DNA of 64,000 nt from a bacterium (GCA_965261595.1 CBDHDG010000004.1:704001-768000), one strand, 5' to 3'. Shown: positions 19,877 to 29,542, counted from the stretch's first letter. Made by a program: numbers and translations. The notes: generated by a model not told the origin, from the sequence alone.

Positions 19877-21031
19877 CTATCCACCGACAGGCGCCGGGAC
19901 CTTCGCGCGGAAGTGGGGCATCACCTCTTTCGCGAACACCTCGACGTTCTTCAGCGTGAGGTCTTGGGGAAGACTTCCGAAATGGAGGAGGACGACCAGC
20001 AGGCCGATGCCGGCCTCATTTTGAAATTCGGTGAGCCGCTCCCGGACGGTTGCGGCGCTGCCGATGAGGATCATCCCCTTGTCGTTCATGTCTCGGAGGT
20101 CATGCTGCTTGTTCCCAACCGATTTGTCCCCCATCACCCGGAACATGGATTTTTCGGTGAGGTAGCCCGGCGGGAAAAATTGGTGAAAGGGCCGCTTCAG
20201 GAGCTTGTTGAACAGGAAATTCATGTGCGGGCCGGCCTCCTCCCAGGCTTTCTCGTCGGTCTCGGCCACATAGAGGGGGACCGCCCACCCCAACTGCTCG
20301 GGCGGGGCCTCGTAGCCGAAGCTCCGGGCCTGGTTCTTGTATTCATCCAGGATCCGCTTCACCGTCGTGAAAGGGCTGAACACCTGCATGTAGGGATACC
20401 GCCGCTCGGCCGCGAAGGCGACGGTCTCCAGGCTCCCCTGGGAGGGCAGCCAGATGGGGGGATGCGGCTGCTGATACGGCCGGGGCCAGGTGTTCACGTA
20501 CCGAAAGTTGTAATGCTTTCCCTCGAAGGAGAAGGGACCCGGCTCGGTCCAGGCGCGCACGATCAGGTCATGGGCCTCCAGGAACCGGGCCCGCGACGTT
20601 GTGGGGTCCATGCTGAAGGCTGTGTACTCGTCCCCCACCCCCCGGACAAACCCCGAAATGATCCGCCCCTTGGTGATCACGTCCAGCATGGCCACCTCTT
20701 CCGCCACCCGCAGGGGATGGTTTCGGAGGCAGATGGCGTTGCCCAGGATGGCGATCTTCGCGCGCGTGGTCCGGCGGGCCAGGGCCGCGGCCATGAGGTT
20801 GGGCGAAGGCATCAGGCCGTAACAGGTCTGGTGGTGCTCGTTCACGCAGATCCCGTCGTAGCCCAGCCGGTCGGCCAACTCGAAAACGTCCAGATAATCG
20901 TTGTACAGCTTGTGCCCCACCTCGGGGTCAAACAGGCTGTTGGGGATCGTGGCCCAGGAGGTCCCGTACCGGTCCAGGTAATCCTCCGGCATGTGCGGGT
21001 AGGGCATCAGGTGAAAGAAATAGAATTGCAT
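19877..21031 (-). CDS. LLM class flavin-dependent oxidoreductase
   Basis: VNEHHQT, PLRVAEEVAMLD, PRPYQQPHPPIW. Confidence 0.92.
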   Translation of the reverse strand: MQFYFFHLMPYPHMPEDYLDRYGTSWATIPNSLFDPEVGHKLYNDYLDVFELADRLGYDGICVNEHHQTCYGLMPSPNLMAAALARRTTRAKIAILGNAICLRNHPLRVAEEVAMLDVITKGRIISGFVRGVGDEYTAFSMDPTTSRARFLEAHDLIVRAWTEPGPFSFEGKHYNFRYVNTWPRPYQQPHPPIWLPSQGSLETVAFAAERRYPYMQVFSPFTTVKRILDEYKNQARSFGYEAPPEQLGWAVPLYVAETDEKAWEEAGPHMNFLFNKLLKRPFHQFFPPGYLTEKSMFRVMGDKSVGNKQHDLRDMNDKGMILIGSAATVRERLTEFQNEAGIGLLVVLLHFGSLPQDLTLKNVEVFAKEVMPHFRAKVPAPVGG

Positions 21032-21231
21032 GGGCTTCCTCTCGTGATCGGAACGGCCGGACCCAGGCCGGGGAGCGGACGAAAAACGTAAAACAGTTTA
21101 CCAAAATCGTGGTTGACTATGGTATGATCCAAGTCTCTTCGAGACAAAGTGGATGAGACGGGAAAGAACCTCAGGAGGGAGTATACGTCAGGCTCCCGGG
21201 GGAAACCACACCCAACAGGGGGGAGGCAACC

Positions 21232-22260
21232 ATGAAAGCGGGAAATTTCATCCGAAGGCTTTTGGCCGTTGCGGGGATCATCGGGCTCGTAGCGGGAGGG
21301 GTTTTCTTGCCAGACCGCACCTCGGCCGCTGATAAGGTCATCTTCCAGTTCGACTGGGTGCCCTACGGCAAGTACACCGGGTACATCAACGCTCGGGACA
21401 AGGGATTTTACAAGTCCGTCGGTCTCGACGTGAGCTTCCAGCGAGGCTATGGGGGCTCTTCTCCCTCCATCGCGGCGGGTAAGCAGGATTACGGCATCGA
21501 CGCCGTAGGCTCGGTCGTCATCGCCCGCTCGAAGAATCTGCCGGTGAAGATGATCGCCATGTGGCACGAGAAGCTGATGTACAACGTCCTCGTCCTCAAG
21601 AGCTCGGGGATCAAGACGCCCAAAGACCTGGAGGGGAAGAACCTGGCCACGACCTTCGGCGACGCCCTTCATCGGAACTTCCCCCTCTTCCAGCAGTCCA
21701 TTGGGCTGAAGAAATTCAAATGGACTTTCATTCGGCCCGCGGCCAAAAATCCCAGCCTCCTCTCCAAGAAGGTGGACGCCATCATCACGTACACCACGGT
21801 GGCCATCCCCGTGAGGATCCAGGCGAAGAAGATCGGCGAGGAGGCCGTGGAGTTTCTCTGGAGCGACTACGGCGTCCGGCTGCCAACAGACGGGCTCGTC
21901 ACGACTGACAAAAAGATCGCCGAAAAGCCGGGCGAGGTGAAGCGGTTCCTGGGGGCCACCCTCAAGGGCCAGGCTTGGTCCATCGAGAACCCGGAGGAGG
22001 CCGTCGCCAACTTCCTGAAGTCCTATCCCAACCAGAACCCGGGTCTCACAAAAAAGTGGTGGAACCTCAGCAGCCGGTTCCAGGTGTGGGGAAACCTGAA
22101 GAAACACGGGTTGGGTTACATGGACCCGGATGTCATGAAGTACACGCGCGACGCCATCTCCAAAGCGTATAAACTGAAAGATCCTCCGGCCATGAAGGAC
22201 TGGTATACGTCGAAGTTCCTTCCGAAGAACTTGCCGAAGCCGAAGCTTCCCAGCAGCTGA
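21232..22260 (+). CDS. ABC transporter substrate-binding protein, NMT1/THI5-like
   Basis: Signal peptide, FQFDWVP, DKGFYKSVGLDV, IKTPKDLEGK. Confidence 0.88.
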   Translation: MKAGNFIRRLLAVAGIIGLVAGGVFLPDRTSAADKVIFQFDWVPYGKYTGYINARDKGFYKSVGLDVSFQRGYGGSSPSIAAGKQDYGIDAVGSVVIARSKNLPVKMIAMWHEKLMYNVLVLKSSGIKTPKDLEGKNLATTFGDALHRNFPLFQQSIGLKKFKWTFIRPAAKNPSLLSKKVDAIITYTTVAIPVRIQAKKIGEEAVEFLWSDYGVRLPTDGLVTTDKKIAEKPGEVKRFLGATLKGQAWSIENPEEAVANFLKSYPNQNPGLTKKWWNLSSRFQVWGNLKKHGLGYMDPDVMKYTRDAISKAYKLKDPPAMKDWYTSKFLPKNLPKPKLPSS

Positions 22261-22266
22261 GCACGA

Positions 22267-22299
22267 CGGCCCCGGGAGGGATTACGCCCTCCCGGGGCC
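22267..22299 (+). terminator. GC-rich stem-loop after the binding-protein gene
   Basis: CGGCCCGGGAGGG-ATTACG-CCCTCCCGGGGCCG; lacks a U-tract. Confidence 0.5.
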
Positions 22300-22361
22300 G
22301 CCTCACAGTTTCCCGCTCACACGGGACGGCAACAAGCGCTTCGTCAGGAGAGCGTCAACGG

Positions 22362-23282
22362 ATGATCGTGGATGCCCACGCCCACATCGCCCCGCTGGAG
22401 ATGCGCCCGGCGAAATTCGCCGAAGAGATGGCGGAGCCGCAATTCCGCTGGCCCAGGCGTCCCCTGCCCCCCTCCCTCACCGCGCCCCTCAAGGTGGAGA
22501 ACTTCCTCCGGGATTACGAGGCGGCCGGCGTCGATCGCGTCCTCATCTTCGCCTCGGCCCCCAGAACGCCCAGGGCTTACGGACGGGGAGGATCGCGCGA
22601 GATTCTCCGGGTGGGCGTGACCAACGAGTTTGTCTCAGAGACGGCGGGCCGTAATCCGGACAGGCTCATCCCGGTGGCCTCCGTCAGTCCTCACCTGGGC
22701 GACGCGGCCGTGACGGAGCTGGAGCGGTGCGTGCGCGACCTCGGGATGAAGGCCCTGAAGCTCTATCCCACGTACGAACATTACGCGCCCGATGACCGGG
22801 AGTTAATGTGGCCCATCTATGCGAAGGCGTTGGAGCTCGATATCCCGGTCATCATCCATCAGAGTTGGACGACGATCGTGAACGCGCCGATGAAATTCCA
22901 AAGGCCGGCGCAGGTGGATGACGTCGCGCGGGACTTCCGGGATCTGACCATCGTGATGGCCCATTTCGGCGTCCCCTGGGTGGACGAGGCCGCCTGCATG
23001 GTCGGCAAGCACGATCGGGTTTACGTGGATCTGAGCTGGTGGTCCATGCTGGAGACGCCCGAGGAGATCATGCGCCAGCTTCACCGGGCGCCGAGGTTCG
23101 GCTGCGGCTACGACCGCATGCTCTGGGGGACCGACCACCCGATGATCCTCCCGGCCCAAAGCCTACGGACCTTCCGGGAGGAGCTTCCCCGCGCGGCCAA
23201 GCGCATCGGCATCCCCGCGCTCACCGACGAAGAGCTGGCCCTCATCCTGGGAGAGAACGCCCGCGCCGTTTTCGACCTTTGA
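22362..23282 (+). CDS. Amidohydrolase_2 family protein
   Basis: IVDAHAH, KALKLYP, VMAHFGVPW, LWGTDHP. Confidence 0.9.
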   Translation: MIVDAHAHIAPLEMRPAKFAEEMAEPQFRWPRRPLPPSLTAPLKVENFLRDYEAAGVDRVLIFASAPRTPRAYGRGGSREILRVGVTNEFVSETAGRNPDRLIPVASVSPHLGDAAVTELERCVRDLGMKALKLYPTYEHYAPDDRELMWPIYAKALELDIPVIIHQSWTTIVNAPMKFQRPAQVDDVARDFRDLTIVMAHFGVPWVDEAACMVGKHDRVYVDLSWWSMLETPEEIMRQLHRAPRFGCGYDRMLWGTDHPMILPAQSLRTFREELPRAAKRIGIPALTDEELALILGENARAVFDL

Positions 23283-23446
23283 GGAGGGCGTCAGGTCCTC
23301 CCTCGGGGCTTGATGTTGTAGGCACGTTCCCTTGTGCGACGGGCCAGTCGGCCCGTCCGCTCATGCCAGGCTCTCGCGGGCGGCCGCGACAACGCGCGGC
23401 GTCGCCCAAAAAGCGGCATTCCCTTGCCGGGCCACCCAAGCCCCTA

Positions 23447-23758
23447 ACCTGGATTTCTCACCAAGCGAAGGTTTCGTGTTTCGCTCAGCGAAGGGATGGC
23501 CATCGGCGGCTTTGTCGCGTTGAAACCAGCGGATACACACAACGGTCGGTTTTTCGGGCGGGGACGGGGACCCGCCCCTACGGGTAAACAGGGGTTTTCC
23601 GTCGTAAGGGCCGGTCCCCGTCCCGGCCCGTCACACTCCCATTGGGGAACAGAATGCTGGAACTTGGTCAGCACCCGTCCATTGGATAAATGATTGAAAG
23701 CTAACCGGTTCAATCGACCTACCCCGTTCGGGCGTTCAAGTTGGTGAGAAACCCAGGC
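23447..23758. mobile_element. MITE-like element with terminal inverted repeats and an internal REP doublet
   Basis: ACCTGGATTTCTCACCAA ... TTGGTGAGAAACCCAGGC, flanked by TA on both sides; internal inverted REP pair at about 23556-23630. Confidence 0.6.
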
Positions 23759-23808
23759 TAACCCTCCACGAAACCGGGGTAAGTCCAAAACCCTTTGCGC
23801 CGGAGCGC

Positions 23809-23837
23809 TTGACATACATACTAAACGTGTGTATATT
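23809..23837 (+). promoter_or_regulatory. Sigma70 promoter of the TA operon with overlapping palindromic operator
   Basis: TTGACA-17 bp-TATATT; ATACATAC-N5-GTGTGTAT imperfect palindrome. Confidence 0.8.
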
Positions 23838-23866
23838 TTAACCGGTCGAAAGGAGGTTTCATCGAA

Positions 23867-24112
23867 ATGCGTCAGCGCGTGAACATTACGCTCGCGGAAG
23901 AAACGATCCGGATGCTCGACGGAGTGGCCGGCAAGGGCGAACGGAGCCGCCTGATTGATGAGGCGGTGCGGCACTTCGTGAAGGCGCGGCGCCGGGAAAC
24001 CCTCAGGACGCGGCTCAAGGAGGGCGCTCGGAAACGAGCTGAGCGGGACCTGCGCCTGGCCGAGGACTGGTTTCTCCTGGAAGAAGAATCATGGCGGCCC
24101 GACGCAAAATAG
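23867..24112 (+). CDS. Ribbon-helix-helix (CopG-like) antitoxin
   Basis: RVNITL...RSRLIDEAVR; AGGAGG RBS; overlaps the toxin gene. Confidence 0.85.
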   Translation: MRQRVNITLAEETIRMLDGVAGKGERSRLIDEAVRHFVKARRRETLRTRLKEGARKRAERDLRLAEDWFLLEEESWRPDAK

Positions 24113-24468
24113 CCTTTCCGAAACGTGGCCAGGTGTATCTGGTGAGCTTTGACCCGACCGTGGGCAAAGAAATCAGAAAGACTCGCCCCGCCGTCATTCT
24201 CCAGAACGATGTGGCCAACCGCTGGAGCCCGATCACGATTGTCGCCGCCGTGACCTCGCAGTTCGAGGAGCCGTTGTATCCAACCGAGGTGCGGGTCAAG
24301 GCATCCGAAGGCGGCTTGAGCGCCGATTCCGTTGTGCTTTTGAACCAGATCCGGTCAATCGACAAACGGCGCCTCGTGAAACGCCTCGGGGTGTTGAACC
24401 AGGATACGATGGCCCAGGTTGACCGGGCGATCATAGCGAGTTTGGGGTTGGTGAATATAGCGGGATGA
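24091..24468 (+). CDS. mazF: Type II toxin, PemK/MazF family endoribonuclease
   Basis: RGQVYLVSFDPTVGKEIRKTRPAVILQND, QIRSIDKRRL. Confidence 0.92.
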   Translation: MAARRKIAFPKRGQVYLVSFDPTVGKEIRKTRPAVILQNDVANRWSPITIVAAVTSQFEEPLYPTEVRVKASEGGLSADSVVLLNQIRSIDKRRLVKRLGVLNQDTMAQVDRAIIASLGLVNIAG

Positions 24469-24494
24469 CGGATCCCGAAGTGGGCGGTTTTCTC

Positions 24495-24908
24495 TCAGAC
24501 GTCTCCCCTCGCGCCCACCCAGCCGCGCTGGGAGATGTCCACGACCACGTCGTCGGGGGCGGTGTACTTGAGCTCGTAAAAGACGGTGTCCTCGCCCCGC
24601 CCCTCGTACCGATCCGCCGCCAGCTCCGAGCCGTCCGCCTCCAACGCCCCGGCGGCTTTCTCCATGTCCTCCACGATGAACCCGAAGTGGTGGATGCCGG
24701 TGTAGTTTTCGCTGTCCCAGGACCGGTTGGAGTTGGGGATCTTAAACTTGAGAATGGCCAGGGAGACAACGCCGTCCGTCAGGTAGTAACCCTGGGCCAG
24801 GTCGTTCTCGATCCTGCCCGCAACCTCCATCTCGAAATGCTTCTTATAGAATTCGATCGTCTTCTCAGGGTCCTTCGTCGCCACGGCGATGTGTCTCAGC
24901 TTGGCCAT
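24495..24908 (-). CDS. VOC/glyoxalase family protein
   Basis: LRHIAV, LTDGVVSLA, GIHHFGFIV. Confidence 0.88.
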   Translation of the reverse strand: MAKLRHIAVATKDPEKTIEFYKKHFEMEVAGRIENDLAQGYYLTDGVVSLAILKFKIPNSNRSWDSENYTGIHHFGFIVEDMEKAAGALEADGSELAADRYEGRGEDTVFYELKYTAPDDVVVDISQRGWVGARGDV

Positions 24909-25090
24909 GCCTTATCGCTCCTTTTTTCGAAACTTCCCTTCCCCCCTGTGAATTCACCGGCGATTATACCCGAAGTCCGCACGGCCTTCCGGAAAACGGA
25001 CGCCTTCACAGCGAAATCCATTCAGGTGTAGAATTTCCTTTGCTTCTTGGACGGCTTCTCCAAGGTCTTCCCAAACCCGAGGGGGCGCGG

Positions 25091-25606
25091 ATGCCCACGC
25101 TGCTGATCGACGGTTACAACCTCATCCCCGCCATCCCCTCCCTGGGCCGGTTGATCCGCCGTGACCTGGAACAGGCCCGGGACGCGCTGTTGGATCTTCT
25201 CCACGCCTATCGCGCGAACGCCCCGTCCCGTCCGTCGATAATCGTTGTGTTCGACGGCAAGGCCCACATCGAAAACCCCCATCCGTCCCGGAAGGCGGGA
25301 ATCCAGGTCCGCTTCTCCAGCGGGGAGACGGCGGACGACCTGATCCTGAGACTCCTGGGGGGTGAGCACAGAGGGGCCATCCTGGTCACGTCGGACCGGG
25401 CCCTCCGGGACGCCGCCCGGGCCGATGCCGGGGAGCTGATCCGCACCGGAGAGTTTTCCGAAATGCTCCTCGCCCGTCAGGACCCGGAGGACGGCGGCCG
25501 CGAAGACGGTGAGACCACGCCGGTCCTCACCACCCGGAAAAAGGGAAATCCGAAACGGCGCCCGAAGAGGGATCGCCGAAGGGCGGGAAAGCTTCGCGGG
25601 TTGTGA
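25091..25606 (+). CDS. YacP-like NYN domain protein
   Basis: LLIDGYNLI, VVFDG, ETADDLI, LVTSDR. Confidence 0.88.
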   Translation: MPTLLIDGYNLIPAIPSLGRLIRRDLEQARDALLDLLHAYRANAPSRPSIIVVFDGKAHIENPHPSRKAGIQVRFSSGETADDLILRLLGGEHRGAILVTSDRALRDAARADAGELIRTGEFSEMLLARQDPEDGGREDGETTPVLTTRKKGNPKRRPKRDRRRAGKLRGL

Positions 25607-25676
25607 CTCCCCGACGGCGATCCAACCGTCCCGAAGCCGAACCGGCGACAAAAACCTTCCGGAACAGGAGACGTTC

Positions 25677-25890
25677 ATGCGATGGCCGGTCCTTGCGCGG
25701 TCTTCCTCATGCTGTCGAGCGGTCCGGTGTCCGCGGACGATGTCTCGAATCAAATGGACGAAGCCAAAAGGCTTTATGAAAACGGAAGGCTGGCCGATTC
25801 GGTCCGGGAGCTCGAAACGGCCATCAGCGGGATTCGGCGCGGGATCTCGGCCCGGCTCGGCTCGAAGATGCCCCCCCCCCCCCGGCCGGA
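25677..25890 (+). pseudogene. Frameshifted, truncated remnant of a secreted helical protein
   Basis: AGGAG RBS + MRWPVLA, then a frame change into AVFLMLSSGPVSA-DDVSNQMDEAKRLYENG...; ends at a C13 run. Confidence 0.5.
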
Positions 25891-25926
25891 ACGTTTGCCG
25901 ACGGCGAGGTGTAAGCGGGCGGCTCA

Positions 25927-26325
25927 TCAACCCATAAAACTGCAACGCTCCGGGACAACCTTGTAAGTGACCCGCACCTCTCCGGGTTTCAGAAGGGGGT
26001 ACTCGTCTTTGCCCAGGTACTTCTTGGACAGCCTGTGGATGTGATCGACGCCGCCCTCTTCGGTGACTTCCACGACGCGGCCGCGAACCTCAAGATACCG
26101 GTAGCCGTTATCGGGGTCCAGGATGGACAGGGCCACGCGGCCATCCCGGCGCATGTTCAGGTCTTTCTTTCTTCCTTTGGAAGAGTTCAGGAAGATGTGA
26201 GCGCCGTCGTAATCAAACCAGACCGGCGTGTTCTGGGGGGAGCCGTCCGCGTTCAGGGTGGCGAGATGGGCGAAGCTTTTCTTCTCGAGCAGGTCCTTGA
26301 ATTCCTCGGGCACGACTTGGGACAT
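25927..26325 (-). CDS. PPOX-class (putatively F420-dependent) oxidoreductase
   Basis: FAHLATLNADGSPQNTPVW, NMRRDGRVALSILDPDNGYRYLEVRG. Confidence 0.9.
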   Translation of the reverse strand: MSQVVPEEFKDLLEKKSFAHLATLNADGSPQNTPVWFDYDGAHIFLNSSKGRKKDLNMRRDGRVALSILDPDNGYRYLEVRGRVVEVTEEGGVDHIHRLSKKYLGKDEYPLLKPGEVRVTYKVVPERCSFMG

Positions 26326-26793
26326 GGGCGTTTTCCTTTCTGACAAACGGTAGCCGATGGATTGATTCGCGTGTGAAATGTTTCGTTCAACCGGACAAAT
26401 ATAGGCTGCCATTCGTCAGGAAGCGAAAAAATACGGCCGAACATGACGACCCTGGTGAAAACGCTGTAGAACCCGGCGGCCGGCCGGCCCCACGGGCTAC
26501 GTCCGCCCATTCGCCCCTGTATCTCCGATCCAAACCCGGTGGGATCTCCAGTAGTCCATCCCGGCGAATTGCTTGAACGCTTCACACCCGATGGGGGTCA
26601 CGATGAGGTTGTGGCACAGCGTCCTGCTTGCCGCCCTGGCCGAAAATGGGACTCCTTTCCAGTGTGCGGATTTGTTCTTGTATTCCGTTTGATCCCGGTT
26701 GCCTCCGCCTTCTCTCTTGTGCTTGAATTCAAGAGGCCCAAGTAGTGAGTTTTCAAGGCGAGGTGAGAAAACAGCCCGAATTTCCAGGCCGTC

Positions 26794-26880
26794 GCCGGGG
26801 TGGCGGAACGGTAGACGCAGCGGACTTAAAATCCGCTGGGGCCAAGCCCCGTGAGGGTTCGACTCCCTCCCTCGGCACCA
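26794..26880 (+). tRNA. tRNA-Leu (anticodon TAA)
   Basis: GCCGGGG/CCTCGGC acceptor stem, anticodon arm GCGGA-CTTAAAA-TCCGC, long variable arm, GGTTCGACT, 3' CCA. Confidence 0.97.
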
Positions 26881-27030
26881 CTGATTCGTTGGATGAGGCC
26901 CCCGGCCGATGCGGACCGGGCGGCCGCTTGCGGCCGTTTTCCGACTGCCGTATGGTTGATCCGAAATTGAAAACCTGATTCGATTCCCACCCGGTCCAAT
27001 CCCTTCCCACTGAATCCGGAGGATTCCAAA

Positions 27031-27639
27031 ATGACCCCAGATCCCTCTTTCCCCGCCTCCCGCCCCGCCCCGTCCGACGGCTTGACGAAGGTGCTCGTCG
27101 TCGCGGACTGCGAGAACAAGGAGAAGCTGCTCAGCAAGGTTCGCGCCTACCAGATGGTCGACCGAGGTGGGAAAGACGCCTCATCCGGCGGGTCTCCGCC
27201 CGGAGGGGGAGGGGTCGAGGTAAAAGACGGCCCTGACTTCACCTTGACCTTCTGTTCGGACGAACCCCCGCACCTGCTGGGCGACGGTAATTTTCCACAA
27301 CCCCTGTCCTACATCGCGGGCGGAATCGGAACGTGACTGTTGAGCAACTTGAAGCTGTGCGCTTCAAAAATGAATCTCCGCATCCAATCGGCCCGAGTCC
27401 GGGTGGAGATGGACTGCTTCCAGGGAGGGTCGGTCCTCCAGGGCACGGTGGTCAGCGGATGCAGCGAGGTCAGGTCGGACTTCGAACTCGAATCGGACGA
27501 GCCCGATGAAAAGCTCCGTCTCCTGATCCGGAACGCCAAGCGCGCCTGTTTCGCGGAAAACATGGTCCAGACGACCATTCCGCTCAGGAGCTCCGTGAAG
27601 CTCAACGGCAAGCCGATCGACGTTCCGCTGGACGACTGA
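27031..27639 (+). CDS. OsmC-related selenoprotein (in-frame TGA at 27334-27336 = Sec, codon 102; 202 aa)
   Basis: Two in-frame ORFs joined across TGA: SDEPPHLLGDGNFPQPLSYIAGGIGT-U-LLSNL; C-terminal NAKRACFAE with the second Cys; SECIS-like hairpin downstream. Confidence 0.85.
27349..27367 (+). promoter_or_regulatory. Putative bacterial SECIS element
   Basis: TTGAAGC-TGTGC-GCTTCAA perfect 7-bp stem; the loop begins 20 nt after the UGA, with GU at loop positions 2-3. Confidence 0.75.
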
Positions 27640-27673
27640 CCGGAACATCTCGCCAGCGGCTTGTACGAAGCGG

Positions 27674-29197
27674 ATGAAAAAAAGCGCCATGAGAAGCACA
27701 TCAAGCCATCCCGTTGACCCGGGGATTGCCGGCAGGCCATTCCCCGGCCCGCTCACGCTGGCGCTGACATCCGCCCTTCCATTGCTCTTCGCCTTCCCGA
27801 CGCCGCTCCATGCGCATGGAATTCAGGAGGTCCGGTATTCGCCCCCCATACCGGGCTGGCTCTTCCTGATCGGCGGGGGCCTCGTCGTCGCCCTCTCCTT
27901 CGTCTTCATCATCCTTCGCCCGGACCGGGGGGCGGGCTCACCCGGATACAGCCGCCGGGAAATCCCCGCCGGCCGGGGCGCCCGGTCCTCGGGCCGCCTG
28001 CTCTCGGGGGCCGGTCTCCTCCTGGCCGCCCTTATTCTGGCCGGCGGATTCATCGGCGACACGCGGTCCGAGGACTCGCTCCCGCCCGTTCTGGTCTGGA
28101 CCGGCTGGTGGATGGGGCTGACTTGGCTGACGCTGGTCATCGGCAACGCCTGGCCTGCGCTCGACCCGTGGAACACGGTGCGCCGCTTCTTTGGACGGCG
28201 GATGCGCCGCCCCTTGTCCCTGGGCCTCCCCTACCCCGCCTGGCTGTCGGCCTGGCCGGCCGTACTCCTGCTTCTCGGATTCGTCTGGTTCGAGCTGGCC
28301 TGGTTTCAGGCCCGGGGCGGCGGCGGCGTCGTCAACTATTTCCTGCTCTTCACGGCCTGGCTCTGGGCGGGGATGGCCGTCTTCGATCCCGAAAGCTGGT
28401 GGAAGAACGCCAACCCGTATACGCGATTCTTCCAGGTCCTGGGCAAATTCAGTCCGCTTGAAAAACGCGGGGACCGCATCGAAGTCCGCATACCGGGAAC
28501 GGCCCTGCAGGCAAGCCGGCTGGGACACGCCTCGGAGGCGGTTTTCGTCATCGTCGTCCTGTTCGCGGTGACCTTCGACGGTTTTGTCGCCACCCCGGAA
28601 TGGTGGGTCATCCTTCGGCGGATGATGCTCAAGGCCTTCGGAATCCTCCCCAGGAGCCTGGCGTTTCACGCCTCGTTCCTCTTTGCGATCCTGGCGGGGG
28701 CGGTCCTGTTCTCCGCCGCGTATTTCACGGTCTGCGGCGTCATGAGCAGGCTGTCGCGCGGCAAGCGGAGGACGGCGGAGGTCGCCGGCGAGTTCGCCAT
28801 GACCCTCATCCCGATTGCGGCGGCCTATCACATCGCCCACTTCATTCCCGCCGTTCCGGGCCGGGTGACCCGTCTCGTCCAAGCGGTCTCGGATCCCTAC
28901 GGCTTGGGTTGGAACGTGTTCGGATGGCACGCGTTCAAATGGGACGTTCAATGGACCCCGGAAATCGCCGGGGTCATCTGGGTGATCCAAACGGCCCTCA
29001 TCGTCCTGGGGCACATCGCCTCCATCTGGTCTTCCCACCGGAAGGCTTTGGCGATTTTCAAGGAGAAATCAATGGCGGCGAAGGTCGAGCTGCCCATGGC
29101 CCTTTTGATGATCTGCTACACGGTCATCAGCCTGTGGATCATCTCTCGACCCGTCCTGAATGGACCCCTGGTCCCGCTTCCGGGGATCACGCCATAA
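27674..29197 (+). CDS. Multi-pass membrane protein of unknown function
   Basis: Many hydrophobic segments, signal-like ...PLHAHG, LIPIAAAYHIAH, SDPYGLGWNVFG; start uncertain. Confidence 0.75.
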   Translation: MKKSAMRSTSSHPVDPGIAGRPFPGPLTLALTSALPLLFAFPTPLHAHGIQEVRYSPPIPGWLFLIGGGLVVALSFVFIILRPDRGAGSPGYSRREIPAGRGARSSGRLLSGAGLLLAALILAGGFIGDTRSEDSLPPVLVWTGWWMGLTWLTLVIGNAWPALDPWNTVRRFFGRRMRRPLSLGLPYPAWLSAWPAVLLLLGFVWFELAWFQARGGGGVVNYFLLFTAWLWAGMAVFDPESWWKNANPYTRFFQVLGKFSPLEKRGDRIEVRIPGTALQASRLGHASEAVFVIVVLFAVTFDGFVATPEWWVILRRMMLKAFGILPRSLAFHASFLFAILAGAVLFSAAYFTVCGVMSRLSRGKRRTAEVAGEFAMTLIPIAAAYHIAHFIPAVPGRVTRLVQAVSDPYGLGWNVFGWHAFKWDVQWTPEIAGVIWVIQTALIVLGHIASIWSSHRKALAIFKEKSMAAKVELPMALLMICYTVISLWIISRPVLNGPLVPLPGITP

Positions 29198-29213
29198 CAG
29201 GCTACTGAGGCAC

Positions 29214-29300
29214 TGGCGGGCAAGATGCCCGCCCTACCTGCGTTTAAATACATCGGCTTTCCACCGTTCGGCCGGCCGGGCATCCTGCCCGGCCGGAAAG
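29214..29300. repeat. REP-like doublet element, copy 1
   Basis: GGCGGGCAAGATGCCCGCCCTAC ... GGCCGGGCATCCTGCCCGGCC; homologous to 51945-52045. Confidence 0.7.
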
Positions 29301-29542
29301 GGTAATCCTCACGCGAATCAACGCAATGAAGCACGCGGCAACCCCGGAAGGTTTCCATCAGGCACGGAACAGATTGGGGAAAGGCGTTTCGGACGGGAGC
29401 CCCTTGGCGGACTCAGCCCAGCGGGGCGTCCTTGGACAGCAGGGCGTGGATGCCCTTGTTCCCCTCCGAGAGGCGCCGGCGAACGGGGAAGGGAATCTCC
29501 CCCCCCTCCCCCGTCCGCCGTCCTTGTTTTGATCGGGACCGG

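Noticed and set aside
26497..26640. Minus-strand frame ARAASRTLCHNLIVTPIGCEAFKQFAGMDYWRSHRVWI
   Set aside because: Possibly a gene remnant, but it has no convincing start codon or recognisable family.
26794..26880. tRNA-Leu as integration site of a genomic island
   Set aside because: No integrase and no duplicate of the tRNA 3' end found in the window.
27031..27639. Two separate small genes or a nonsense pseudogene
   Set aside because: The TGA falls at the expected catalytic Cys and has a SECIS-like hairpin, so read-through is the better explanation.
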